Source: Bdellovibrionia bacterium (GTDB lineage: Bacteria > Bdellovibrionota > UBA1018). Taken from it: a stretch of DNA of 64,000 bases. Below, one piece after another: positions 1 to 9,500 of the stretch. The position numbers were made by a program, and so were the translations under genes. The stretch covers positions 1-64,000 of the forward strand of contig JBMSSC010000001.1 in NCBI GenBank assembly GCA_049424145.1, read 5' to 3'. Position 1 is the first letter of the stretch, and every line of letters begins with the position of its first letter. Below the pieces are notes generated by a model. It saw only the letters and a list, made by a program, of their open reading frames with translations. It was not told the origin of the DNA and did not search any database.

Positions 1-161
1 AGGAGTCTGATGTCCTGGGCGCTACTCTGTAGGGCTCCCCCCGGCGTTGATCCGTGTGAGTGTGGGAGGGTGGGCGCCGGGCTGGGTTAAAAGAGGGGCG
101 TGAGCCAAGGTGTGGTTTAGTTTGCGGTGTGGATCTTGCGATTTTATGGTACTCAACGCTC

Positions 162-1781
162 ATGCAAAAGATGAAAGCCCCAGTCAACGAGCCGGTGAGA
201 TCGTATGAGCCCAAGAGCGCATGCCGGGAGGAGCTGAAGGCGGAGTTAAATCGTCTGAGCTCCATTCAGGTCGATATCCCTCAGGTGATTGGAGGTCAAC
301 TGGTACGATCGGAGACCCAGAAGACTTTGGTCATGCCGCATGATCACAGGCATGTTTTAGGAACCTACTATTGGGCGAATGCCTCTCAGGTGGGGGATGC
401 GATTTTAGCGGCAAAAAAAGCAAAACCTCAGTGGGAGGCTTTGTCTTGGACGCAGCGGGCATCGATTTTTTTGAAAGCGGCTGATTTGATTGCAGGCCCT
501 TATCGAAGCCTACTGAACTCGGCCACCATGCTGGGCCAGTCGAAAAATGCTTATCAGGCTGAGATTGATTCGGCGTGTGAGTTGGTGGATTTTCTCCGGT
601 TTAATGCTTATTTTTACCAGCAAATTCAAGAGATCCAGCCTGATTCATCAGCTGGGGTTTCCAATTGGAGTGAGTACCGAGCGTTGGAGGGATTTGTGTG
701 TGCGATCACTCCGTTTAACTTCACGGCCATTGCGGCCAATTTGCCTGCAGCTCCGGCTCTTTTAGGCAATACGGTCGTGTGGAAACCATCGGATACTCAG
801 ATGCTTTCGGCCCATTTTACTCTGCAGATTTTTCGGGAAGCTGGACTTCCTGATGGGGTGATTAACCTGGTGGTGGGGGATCCCGCCCAGGTGGGCCAGC
901 AGTTGCTCACGCACTCGGATCTAGCCGGGGTTCATTTCACAGGCTCGACGGCGACGTTTCAATCCATTTGGAGGACTCTAGGGCAGCATGTGAGTCGTTA
1001 TCGCAGTTACCCAAGGCTCGTAGGGGAGACTGGGGGAAAAGACTTCATCTTTGCTCATGCCTCGGCCGATGTGGAGGCTCTAGCAACGGCCATGATTCGG
1101 GGCGCGTTTGAGTATCAGGGGCAGAAGTGTTCGGCAGCATCGCGTGCCTATGTGCCTCGCTCAATTTGGGCTCAACTCAAGGGCCTTTTGCTCTCTCAAA
1201 TGGAGCAAATTCAAATGGGGGATGTCCGGGATTTTAAAAACTTCATGAATGCTGTGATCGATGAGCGAGCATTTGATCGGATTGCGGCTCTTTTGGCTCA
1301 GGTAAAAAATTCAACCGATGCCGAAATTCTCTTTGGAGGCGGAGCGTCGAAAGAGAAAGGGTATTTCATTGAGCCCACCTTGATTCAAGTGCAAAATCCC
1401 ACGGCACGAACCATGGTTGAGGAAATTTTTGGACCCGTCCTGTCCGTCTACGTCTATGACGAGGCGCAAATGGAGGAGGTCTTAGATCAGTGTGATCAGT
1501 CTACGGCCTATGCCTTAACTGGAGCCATTTTTGCAACTGATCGTTTTATCATCGAGCACCTCTCTCGGCGACTGAGGCATGCTGCGGGTAATTTTTACAT
1601 CAATGATAAGCCCACGGGCGCCGTTGTAGGTCAGCAGCCTTTTGGGGGTTCAAGGGCTTCAGGCACAAACGATAAAGCAGGAAGTCTGCTCAATCTTCTC
1701 AGGTGGGTTTCTCCTCGAACCGTGAAGGAGACTTATGTCCCGCCGCGTAATTTTACCTATTCTTTTATGAAAGAAAGTTAG
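162..1781 (+). CDS. pruA: L-glutamate gamma-semialdehyde (delta-1-pyrroline-5-carboxylate) dehydrogenase
   Basis: ALDH motifs ITPFNF, FTGST, GETGGKDF, AFEYQGQKCSA, EEIFGP, INDKPTGAVVGQQPFGGSRASGTNDKAG. In-frame ATG 162 preferred over ORF start 60. Confidence 0.93.
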   Translation: MQKMKAPVNEPVRSYEPKSACREELKAELNRLSSIQVDIPQVIGGQLVRSETQKTLVMPHDHRHVLGTYYWANASQVGDAILAAKKAKPQWEALSWTQRASIFLKAADLIAGPYRSLLNSATMLGQSKNAYQAEIDSACELVDFLRFNAYFYQQIQEIQPDSSAGVSNWSEYRALEGFVCAITPFNFTAIAANLPAAPALLGNTVVWKPSDTQMLSAHFTLQIFREAGLPDGVINLVVGDPAQVGQQLLTHSDLAGVHFTGSTATFQSIWRTLGQHVSRYRSYPRLVGETGGKDFIFAHASADVEALATAMIRGAFEYQGQKCSAASRAYVPRSIWAQLKGLLLSQMEQIQMGDVRDFKNFMNAVIDERAFDRIAALLAQVKNSTDAEILFGGGASKEKGYFIEPTLIQVQNPTARTMVEEIFGPVLSVYVYDEAQMEEVLDQCDQSTAYALTGAIFATDRFIIEHLSRRLRHAAGNFYINDKPTGAVVGQQPFGGSRASGTNDKAGSLLNLLRWVSPRTVKETYVPPRNFTYSFMKES

Positions 1782-1968
1782 AAATTAATATTTGATTTTG
1801 TGTTTGGCATACGATACTAAAAGGGTGAAAAATATCAAGTTCAGAATAAAACAGTTTCTCTGAATCCAGACTTTAGGTTCCCTTAACCTCAAGAAATGAA
1901 ACCAGAAGAGATTAGGGATACTTTTTTCTTTGCGATTTTCTAGTTAATTGTTTATAGATTTTCTTACC

Positions 1969-3021
1969 ATGAAAGTTGTTATTCCTGTTCTGCTTGGTGT
2001 TGCATTGGCTACAACTTCTTCTGGTCTCGCGGGGGGATTAGTTTTTTCAAAAAAGGCATCGCCTTTTTCTTTTGGTCCGGGTAGGCATCCGGGCTCTCAT
2101 GGTTCTTTAAAAGAACGGTGGGAGGCAGAAAGAAAAGCTCCGATGTCTCAGATTCCTGAGGCCCTAAGGGACTCTTTACGTGAAAAGCACGTCCTTTTTG
2201 TGCCTGGGTTTATGAATGAAGTTTCAGTTGGGAATTCGATTTATTATAGATCGAATATTCAGGCAGCTGAAGCGGAGTTGGGAATGGGCGCTACCTACTT
2301 CCCCCTCCCGTCGTCGCGACCAGTTGAGGAAAATTCTGCCATCATAGCGGATAAAGTAAATGAGATTTATCAACGAGAAGGCAGGCCCGTGATCTTAGTC
2401 GGTCACAGCAAAGGCGGCGCTGAGTCTCTGCATAGTATCTTGAAGTATCCGGAGTTGATTTTAGATGAAAAAGTCGATCGCGTGGTCTTGCTTCAGTCCG
2501 CCATCGGGGGCTCTCCTCTGGCGACTCCTGAGCAGCCTGGAGTGGGACTGAGGGTGATTTCTTATCTCATTCCCCAGGGGCTTCAGTCTTTGAGTCCTGG
2601 TGCAGCCAAGCAGCTCTTTGACGAGGCGTTTGGAGGTTTTGTCGATCGACTCAAGGAACGTTTTGGCCACGAAGGTGAGAATAAGCTCAAAGAGAAGATT
2701 GATGAGGTGTCAAAGAAGGTCTTTTACGTCCGATCAGTTGAGGAACCTCAGAACTGGAGCTGGGGGACTCAGATTGTGCACCGAGTCTGCGGCAATGATC
2801 TCAGAAACCACGGGCAAAGTGATGGTTTGCTCTTAATTGATGATCAAATCGATCAGCGCATTGGTGTGGATTTGGGCGTCATTCAGGCCGATCACATTGA
2901 TCTAGCCGTTGATGGCGTGTTCAGCTCGCTTTCCAGTGAGGATCGTCGAGCCTTCACCCGAGCTCTATTTGCCTCCATCTACTCCTGTGAGTGGAGTCAG
3001 CCCAGTCCGCCTCTGGAATGA
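1969..3021 (+). CDS. Alpha/beta hydrolase (lipase-like), probably exported
   Basis: VLFVPGF, nucleophile elbow GHSKGG, SDGL and DH candidates for a Ser-Asp-His triad; hydrophobic N-terminus after ATG 1969. Confidence 0.75.
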   Translation: MKVVIPVLLGVALATTSSGLAGGLVFSKKASPFSFGPGRHPGSHGSLKERWEAERKAPMSQIPEALRDSLREKHVLFVPGFMNEVSVGNSIYYRSNIQAAEAELGMGATYFPLPSSRPVEENSAIIADKVNEIYQREGRPVILVGHSKGGAESLHSILKYPELILDEKVDRVVLLQSAIGGSPLATPEQPGVGLRVISYLIPQGLQSLSPGAAKQLFDEAFGGFVDRLKERFGHEGENKLKEKIDEVSKKVFYVRSVEEPQNWSWGTQIVHRVCGNDLRNHGQSDGLLLIDDQIDQRIGVDLGVIQADHIDLAVDGVFSSLSSEDRRAFTRALFASIYSCEWSQPSPPLE

Positions 3022-3116
3022 GGAGGAGCACTTCTTTTTGGCTTGCAAATGCCTTTCGTCGGCGTCAGAAAGTAAATCGAGCCTCAGTTGGTCTTGAGCG
3101 TCTGAAAAAATAGAAA

Positions 3117-3161
3117 CAAAAAACCCAGATGAAAAGCGAAGCTTTTTTTCTGGGTTTTTTG
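3117..3161. terminator. Probable bidirectional intrinsic terminator
   Basis: Hairpin caaaaaacccaga..gaaaagc-gaa-gctttttt..tctgggttttttg with A and T tracts, between convergent hydrolase and infA. Confidence 0.7.
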
Positions 3162-3186
3162 CTTTCAATTCGTGAGAAAGACGATC

Positions 3187-3435
3187 TTAGAACTGAGGGG
3201 GAGTTGAGGAGGGGCCTGCTTTATGGCGATGTAAAATCAGCCCATGGGTGGGGTCATAAGGAGACACGCCTACGGTGACTCGATCCCCTAAGATCACACG
3301 GATGTGAAATTTTCTCATTCGCCCTGAGAGCTTTGCTGAAATCTTCTGTCCGTTAGCAAGCTGGACAGTGAAGTTTCCTCCTGCCAGTACATCCATGATT
3401 ACGCCATCTACCTGAGCTAAGTCTTCACGTGCCAA
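3187..3435 (-). CDS. infA: Translation initiation factor IF-1
   Basis: AKLSGRMRKFHIRVILGDRVTVGVSPYDPTHG matches IF-1; short Pro/Ser tail; TTG start. Confidence 0.93.
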   Translation of the reverse strand: MAREDLAQVDGVIMDVLAGGNFTVQLANGQKISAKLSGRMRKFHIRVILGDRVTVGVSPYDPTHGLILHRHKAGPSSTPPQF

Positions 3436-3675
3436 GTTTTACCACCGTTGGTTAATTGAGTTGGTTTCTGATTGAGTCGGCCTCACTCTCTCAGAGAAAG
3501 GCCAACGGTTTGGCTCGGGTTGGATGGGTCTTCTTTCAATGGAGCTTTCAGAATCGCTTTTGCTCCAACACTCGCAGCCGTCTTGCTTTACCGATACAAC
3601 CTGTGCGCCAGGCTGTCAACGCCTTATGCCGTTGGGTGGGAAAATATTCATACTAATTTTCTCAGAAATTGGTTT

Positions 3676-4449
3676 TCAAAAACGCTCGGGATCCATGCCC
3701 CAGGCTTTTAAAATGGCCTGCTCTTCCTCGGGTGAGGCAGCTTTTTTGAACCTCGCTCCGCTTCGGCCCTTAATCTCTGCTTCGCAGGCTTTCCAGTTCG
3801 TGTGACGCTTGAGCACTCCGTTGACGAGGCTTAAGTAGCAGTAGGCTTTGGTTTTGGCTGAGTCGGTTTTCTTCCTCATGCGGGGTAATTCAGGGGATTC
3901 AGGGAGATCAAAGATCGCAACCGGGTACTGGAGTAAACTGCCCTGGTAGAGCGGAACAAAGCGCTTTTGGCTGAACCCCACGGCGATCTCATCGGCTCGC
4001 TCATTGCCGGGTACGCCTGCATGACCCCGAACATACTTCCATTGGATGCTTCTTCGCTGAGTAAGGGACCAAAGCGGTTTCCAAAGGTCTTGATTGGCAA
4101 CGGGTTGACCCGAAGCGGAAGTCCAACCCTTTTTGAGCCATTCCCAAATCCATTGAGTGATTCCATGAATCACATAGGTGGAGTCGGTGTAGACCTCAAT
4201 GGGAGACTCGTGATGCGCAGGGGTGTTCAAAAGAGTTCGGAGACCCTCTATTACAGCGGTGAGTTCCATGCGGTTATTGGTGGTGTGTGCGTCGGACCCT
4301 CCCTTTTCCACCACTCGACCATCAGGAAAAACTGCAATCATTCCCCAACCCCCTGACCCCGGATTTCCCGAGCACGCACCGTCGGCAAATAGCACACAAC
4401 GAGGCAAAGAGGATGGAGCCAAAGAGGAACGAGAATTGGGATCAGACAT
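3676..4449 (-). CDS. rnhA: Ribonuclease HI with C-terminal hybrid-binding (viroplasmin-like) domain
   Basis: DGACSGNPGSGGW, TTNNRMEL, TDSTYV, NQDLW, VRGHAGVPGNERAD; C-terminal WKACEAEIKGRSGARFKK. ATG 4449 preferred (TTGACA upstream). Confidence 0.9.
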   Translation of the reverse strand: MSDPNSRSSLAPSSLPRCVLFADGACSGNPGSGGWGMIAVFPDGRVVEKGGSDAHTTNNRMELTAVIEGLRTLLNTPAHHESPIEVYTDSTYVIHGITQWIWEWLKKGWTSASGQPVANQDLWKPLWSLTQRRSIQWKYVRGHAGVPGNERADEIAVGFSQKRFVPLYQGSLLQYPVAIFDLPESPELPRMRKKTDSAKTKAYCYLSLVNGVLKRHTNWKACEAEIKGRSGARFKKAASPEEEQAILKAWGMDPERF

Positions 4450-4544
4450 CGAGGGGAACCTCTCAAACCGATCCCGCCCTGTCAAATCGATTTGATGACA
4501 CAATTGTGACACAAGGGCTGAAGAAATGCTCTATACCCAAACCT

Positions 4545-5573
4545 ATGCACATCCAAGGTCTTCAAGTGTTTCACTTGCCCAAATCCCGTCTGAGCTCCTT
4601 GAACTCAGTTGATGAGCTGTCTTTTTTTCAGCAAGCTCAGAAGTCAGGGGGATTTTTAATGGAGACGTGTCAACGGTGGGTTTGGGTGACTCCTCAGGAC
4701 TCTCGCTGTTCTCCCTCTCAACTCCTGTTTTCCCTGGATCCTGAAGTGCAGTTTTTTTCAGGCTACGAGGCTTACTTCTTTTTACTTCGCTTTGCCTCAG
4801 GATTGGAAAGTGAAGTTCAAGGAGAGACGGATATTTTTGGTCAAATCAAAGCCGCCTGGCAGAGTGCTCAGAAGAAAGATCCCTTCAGCCTCCAGGCTTT
4901 AGATCCTTGGATTCAGCGCCTTTTTGAAGATACGAAATACATTCGCTCCCAGTACTTACAAAACACAGGCGGCTCCTCCTATGGGACGTTGGTTCGCAAG
5001 ATCCTCAAGGACTCAGTCAGTCAGGAAGCGTTGAAGGCACCTGTGCTATTGGTGGGAGCCGGCCAGTTGGCTCAGTCCATAGCGCCTTTGCTCCTGGATC
5101 TGCTGATGGATCGCTCGCTTTTGTTGTGGAATCGCTCCCTGGACGGCAGTTTGAAGCTGTATTCCTCGCTCCTGCAGTTCTCCTCCCAGCCCAGAAAACC
5201 AACGCTTGAGATCATTCAAGATGAAGATCAACACGAGCGGGCTTGGAAAACGGCTCGACAAATCATCGTCTGCATTCCCTCCGACCCGATTTTAGATCCA
5301 AAGAGAAGGGCTTGGCTTGAGGCGGCAGGGGGATTGGATCAAACCACAGTGATTCACCTCGGTGGGCGTCGCTCTCATTTGGGCGCTTGGAGCCCGTGGT
5401 CCCGATTTTATTGCTTGGATGAAGTGTTTCAATACGAAAAGGCGTTTGGCAATATTCGCTCGGTTCAGATGAAAAAAGCAATTCGGGCTTGTGATGAAAG
5501 GGCGAAGCTCAGAAGTTTAGGGGCGTCCTTGTGTATTTCTCATGGCTGGGAAGATTTAGCTACCTTTGCCTAA
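4545..5573 (+). CDS. hemA: Glutamyl-tRNA reductase-like protein (short, divergent)
   Basis: ETCQR (catalytic Cys), RFASGLESEVQGETDIFGQIK, GAGQLA nucleotide-binding loop; first gene of hem cluster. ATG 4545 avoids overlap with rnhA. Confidence 0.8.
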   Translation: MHIQGLQVFHLPKSRLSSLNSVDELSFFQQAQKSGGFLMETCQRWVWVTPQDSRCSPSQLLFSLDPEVQFFSGYEAYFFLLRFASGLESEVQGETDIFGQIKAAWQSAQKKDPFSLQALDPWIQRLFEDTKYIRSQYLQNTGGSSYGTLVRKILKDSVSQEALKAPVLLVGAGQLAQSIAPLLLDLLMDRSLLLWNRSLDGSLKLYSSLLQFSSQPRKPTLEIIQDEDQHERAWKTARQIIVCIPSDPILDPKRRAWLEAAGGLDQTTVIHLGGRRSHLGAWSPWSRFYCLDEVFQYEKAFGNIRSVQMKKAIRACDERAKLRSLGASLCISHGWEDLATFA

Positions 5574-5595
5574 CTGACTTCGGTAATTCAAACCG

Positions 5596-7206
5596 GTGAT
5601 GAAAAAGAAATTGAAATTAGGAACTAGAAAATCTCTGCTTGCTTGGTCTCAGAGCCAATGGGTGGCGGATCAGCTCCAGGCTCGACACCCGGATTTGAGT
5701 GTCCAATTGGTGGGTATTGAAACTCGAGGGGATCGAATCTTAGATGTTTCTCTCAGCAAAATTGAAGGGAAAGAGTTCTTCGTAGCCGAACTCGATGAGG
5801 CCTTAGCCAGTGGAAAAGTGGACTTCACGGTTCATTCCCTAAAAGATTTAAGTCTCAATCGTCCGCCGGAGTTCACGCTCGGTGCGATTCCTCAGCGAGA
5901 AAACCCAAGGGATGTCATTTTGTTTGGCCCCCAGGCCCTTTCCCACCTTCAAGCAGGCAAGAGCCTGCGCGTCGGGACGTCTTCTCCGAGGCGGTTAGAG
6001 AATATTCCACCTTTTTTGGCTCGCGCCTTACCTCAGGGGCTTTTCTCTCATCGGCAAGCCGCCCCTGAGATGGAGTTTGTGGAGATTCGTGGCAATGTGA
6101 ACACCCGACTCTCTCGAGTTCATGAGGCCCCTGGCTCCGAGCGCTACTTGGATGCCGTGGTCTTGGCGTTTGCTGGACTCATTCGGCTTTGGGCCAATCC
6201 CCAGGGTCAGAGCGAGTTAAAGCGCCTATTGACTGGGGTTCGCTGGATGGTTCTTCCTCTTCAAGAGTGTCCTGCTGCTCCAGGGCAAGGAGCTTTGGCG
6301 GTGGAGTGCCGCACTCAAGATTCAGTCGTGATCGAGCGGCTTAACTCCTTGCATCACGAGCCCACGGCTCAAGCTGTCCGCGTGGAAAGAGATGTTTTGG
6401 CTCAGTGGGGAGGCGGGTGTCATCAGCGCTTAGGAGCCACGGCTCAGAGTTTGAGGCCACAGGATCCAAGCGCTTTAGGATTAGGCAACCTTTTGTGGAT
6501 TCGGGGTCGAACGCCGGAGGGAAAATTCATCCAAGATTTGCGCTGGAATTCTCCTTGGATTGAGCCTCGAGTGGGACCTGTGATCCCTTGGGATGGGAGT
6601 CAGTGGCGCAAGGAGTCTGTGGGTTTTTCTCAGGAGGCCTTAGCGTCTGGGCTGAGTCTTGGTGCGGGGAAGCCCGTGTTTGTCGCCCATAGTCGAGCCC
6701 TCGAAGGAGCGCTTCACCCGATTCTTCATCCGCACCTGCATGAAAACAGGATTTGGACCTCTGGGGTCTCCAGTTGGTTTAAGCTCGCTCAGCTGGGCTA
6801 TTGGGTGGAGGGCTGTGCTGAGGGTTTGGGGTGGAGTTATCTTTCTACAACGTTAGTTGAACCTGTTTTGCAACTGGGCTCTCTTTCTTCTTGGGTGGTG
6901 TTGACGCATCAAGACGCCGTGAAAGAGTGGACAGATCAGGGAATTCAAGCTATGCCTACGTATCAACTGAAATCCGAAGATCCACCTGAGGCACGCACTT
7001 CTTTGCAGCAAGCAACGCACGTGTTTTGGAGCAGTGGATCTCAGTACGAAGCGCTCAAAGCCCATCTGAGGAAGGATGCCCTCTGTAGTTGTGGTCCCGG
7101 TAAGACGGCAAAAAAGCTCAGAGAATCTGGAATTGAGCCCCTCGTGTTTCCAACAGTTCAGGAGTGGAGAAAATGGGTCACGACTCAGAGTTCAAGGCAA
7201 AGTTAA
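5596..7206 (+). CDS. hemC: Hydroxymethylbilane synthase with C-terminal uroporphyrinogen-III synthase (HemD)-like extension
   Basis: GTRKSLLAWSQ, ETRGD, VHSLKD, GTSSPRR, IRGNVNTRL, PAAPGQGALAVE, GGGC; ~220 extra residues with HemD-like FWSSGS and CGPGKTA. Confidence 0.88.
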   Translation: MMKKKLKLGTRKSLLAWSQSQWVADQLQARHPDLSVQLVGIETRGDRILDVSLSKIEGKEFFVAELDEALASGKVDFTVHSLKDLSLNRPPEFTLGAIPQRENPRDVILFGPQALSHLQAGKSLRVGTSSPRRLENIPPFLARALPQGLFSHRQAAPEMEFVEIRGNVNTRLSRVHEAPGSERYLDAVVLAFAGLIRLWANPQGQSELKRLLTGVRWMVLPLQECPAAPGQGALAVECRTQDSVVIERLNSLHHEPTAQAVRVERDVLAQWGGGCHQRLGATAQSLRPQDPSALGLGNLLWIRGRTPEGKFIQDLRWNSPWIEPRVGPVIPWDGSQWRKESVGFSQEALASGLSLGAGKPVFVAHSRALEGALHPILHPHLHENRIWTSGVSSWFKLAQLGYWVEGCAEGLGWSYLSTTLVEPVLQLGSLSSWVVLTHQDAVKEWTDQGIQAMPTYQLKSEDPPEARTSLQQATHVFWSSGSQYEALKAHLRKDALCSCGPGKTAKKLRESGIEPLVFPTVQEWRKWVTTQSSRQS

Positions 7207-8186
7207 ACTATAGGCGCTTAAGACTTTCTCCTCACATCCGCGAGTTGGTGAAGGAAGTGAGGGTTTCTTCAGATCAACTCATTCAACCTCTGTTTGTGGT
7301 GGAGGGGATTTCTGAGCGGCAAGCAGTCTTAGGAATGAGAGGAACTCATCGGGAAACCCCAGATTCCCTGCTTCGGACCATTGAGCAGGATCTTCAAGCT
7401 GGGGTCAGAAAATTCTTGCTCTTCGGTGTCCCATCGGAGAAAAAAACGCAAGCTTTTGACTTTTCCTTCACCACCCGCCAAATTGAGGGCATTCGTAAGC
7501 GTTTTGGCACAGAGCTGTTTTTGGCAGTCGATGTGTGTCTTTGTTCGTACACCTCCCATGGGCAATGTGGAATCTTAAACCGCGAAGGGGATCATGTTCA
7601 AAATCAGGCCACGGTTCATGAATTGGCTCAAGCGGCCTTTGAGTTTGCTCAAGCCGGTGCTGATTGTGTGGCTCCGAGTGATATGATGGACTCTCGGGTG
7701 GCTGCAATCCGTGGGCGTTTGGATCAAGGCGGCTTCGAGAGGACTCTGATCATGAGTTACTCAGCCAAGTTTAATTCCCGATTTTATGGCCCCTTTAGGC
7801 AGGCTGCGGACTCCTCCCCAAAAGACTCAGACTGGGTGCGATTGAAAGATCGAGCCACTTATCAGATTGATCCGGCTTGCCCCCAGGATGCTTTGCTGAG
7901 TTCACTGCGCGATGCTGAAGAAGGCGCGGATATTTTAATGGTGAAGCCTGGGATGCCTTACCTCGATGTGTTAGCGGATCTTTCGCGCGCCATTCCTCTT
8001 CCTTGGGCCGTCTATCAAGTCAGTGGGGAGTACGCCGCCATTGAACTTCTGGCTCAACAGGGGCTCATCCAAGCCGCACAGGCCCACCATGAGGCCTGGA
8101 CGAGTCTGGTTCGTGCCGGGGCATCGATGATTATTACTTATGGGGCGAGATTCGCTCGCTCGATCTTAGAAAGGGAGTTTTCATAG
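7173..8186 (+). CDS. hemB: Porphobilinogen synthase
   Basis: DVCLCSYTSHGQCG Zn site, APSDMMD, SYSAKFNSRFYGPFRQAA, MVKPG, YQVSGEY. Confidence 0.95.
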   Translation: MGHDSEFKAKLNYRRLRLSPHIRELVKEVRVSSDQLIQPLFVVEGISERQAVLGMRGTHRETPDSLLRTIEQDLQAGVRKFLLFGVPSEKKTQAFDFSFTTRQIEGIRKRFGTELFLAVDVCLCSYTSHGQCGILNREGDHVQNQATVHELAQAAFEFAQAGADCVAPSDMMDSRVAAIRGRLDQGGFERTLIMSYSAKFNSRFYGPFRQAADSSPKDSDWVRLKDRATYQIDPACPQDALLSSLRDAEEGADILMVKPGMPYLDVLADLSRAIPLPWAVYQVSGEYAAIELLAQQGLIQAAQAHHEAWTSLVRAGASMIITYGARFARSILEREFS

Positions 8187-9500
8187 ATGAAAGTTTCATG
8201 TCCCAATTCGGAGAGTTTATTTGAGCAGTCCAAAAAAATGGTGCCTGGTGGGGTTCACTCCCCGGTGCGCGCCTTCCGGGGCGTGGGCGGGACACCTCGC
8301 TTCATTCGTTCCGCGTCAGGGGTTCAATTAGAGGATGTCGATGGAAATCGCTACTTGGATTTTTGTATGTCCTGGGGGCCTCTTATCTTTGGCCATCAGC
8401 ATCCTGAGATTCGCTCTGCAGTGGAGGACGCCTTAAAGCGAGGCTGGTCTTACGGTACGGCTGAGCCCTACTCGCTTGAGCTGGCTCAGCTCATCACGGG
8501 CTCTTTGCCTTGGGTGGAGAAAATTCGATTCGTCAACTCCGGGACGGAGGCCGTGATGGCCGCTTTAAGAGTGGCTCGAGCCGCAACAGGGAGGAATAAA
8601 ATCCTCAAGTTTGAAGGCTGCTATCACGGACATGTGGATTCGATGTTAGTGAAGGCGGGCTCTGGCCTGGCTGACATGGCTTCGCCTGATAGCGCCGGGG
8701 TGTCGTCTGCCGTGGCATCCGATACCATTGTGGTGCCTTTAAATGACGAGCCCCGTCTGTTGGCAGCCTTAGATCGCCACGGCCACGAGATTGCTGCGGT
8801 GATCGTGGAGCCCATTCCCGCCAATAATGGATTGCTTCTTCAGCCCGATGATTTTTTGCCCCGGCTTGCGGCTCTAGCCAAAAGTGCAGGGAGCCTGCTG
8901 ATTTTTGATGAGGTGATCACCGGGTTTCGAGTGGCGTTTGGTGGGATGGCGGAACGCTCCGGTGTGACCCCCGATCTGGTCACCTATGGAAAAATCATTG
9001 GGGGTGGTTTTCCCGTGGGAGCCTACGGAGGGCGCGCAGATTTGATGGAGTGGGTGGCTCCCTTGGGCCCCGTTTATCAGGCAGGCACTTTAAGTGCCAA
9101 TCCCGTGGCCATGACCGCAGGAGTGGCAACTTTGAAGAAGCTTCGGCAAGAGAATCCCTATCCCGAGCTCGAGAGAAAAACCCAACAGCTTTGCTCTCGA
9201 ATTCAGCAGGTCTGCCAAGAGATGGACTTCCAAGCCCATGTCCAAAACTGTGCCTCATTGTTTTGGATGGTCTTAGGCCAACGCTTGAACTCCAGTGAGA
9301 CTGTTCGGGATTTAACTCAAGTCCCTGAGACCCATAAATCCCGCTACGCCACCTTGTTTCACGCCCTTTTGGCTCAGGGAATTTATCTTGCACCGAGCGC
9401 CTGTGAAGTCTCGTTTCTCTCAACGGCGCATCAGGAGGCTCATATGGAGCAGTTCTTAACGGCCTTCAGGCGCTCCTTGGAAACCATAAAGCCCGAGTGA
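8187..9500 (+). CDS. hemL: Glutamate-1-semialdehyde 2,1-aminomutase
   Basis: PGGVHSPVRAF, SWGPLIFGH, NSGTEA, FEGCYHGH, FDEVITGFR, GKIIGGGFP, YQAGTLS. Confidence 0.96.
   Translation: MKVSCPNSESLFEQSKKMVPGGVHSPVRAFRGVGGTPRFIRSASGVQLEDVDGNRYLDFCMSWGPLIFGHQHPEIRSAVEDALKRGWSYGTAEPYSLELAQLITGSLPWVEKIRFVNSGTEAVMAALRVARAATGRNKILKFEGCYHGHVDSMLVKAGSGLADMASPDSAGVSSAVASDTIVVPLNDEPRLLAALDRHGHEIAAVIVEPIPANNGLLLQPDDFLPRLAALAKSAGSLLIFDEVITGFRVAFGGMAERSGVTPDLVTYGKIIGGGFPVGAYGGRADLMEWVAPLGPVYQAGTLSANPVAMTAGVATLKKLRQENPYPELERKTQQLCSRIQQVCQEMDFQAHVQNCASLFWMVLGQRLNSSETVRDLTQVPETHKSRYATLFHALLAQGIYLAPSACEVSFLSTAHQEAHMEQFLTAFRRSLETIKPE

Noticed and set aside
3456..3805. Three short plus-strand ORFs between infA and rnhA, and other 60-150 aa antisense ORFs across the window
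   Set aside because: No motifs or RBS support; consistent with shadow ORFs of well-supported genes.
4287..4544. Long N-terminal extensions in the ORF track (hemA 4287, pruA 60, tlpA 35813, murE 53195, murB 61099)
   Set aside because: They overlap neighbouring genes or promoters and lack family similarity; downstream starts fit better.
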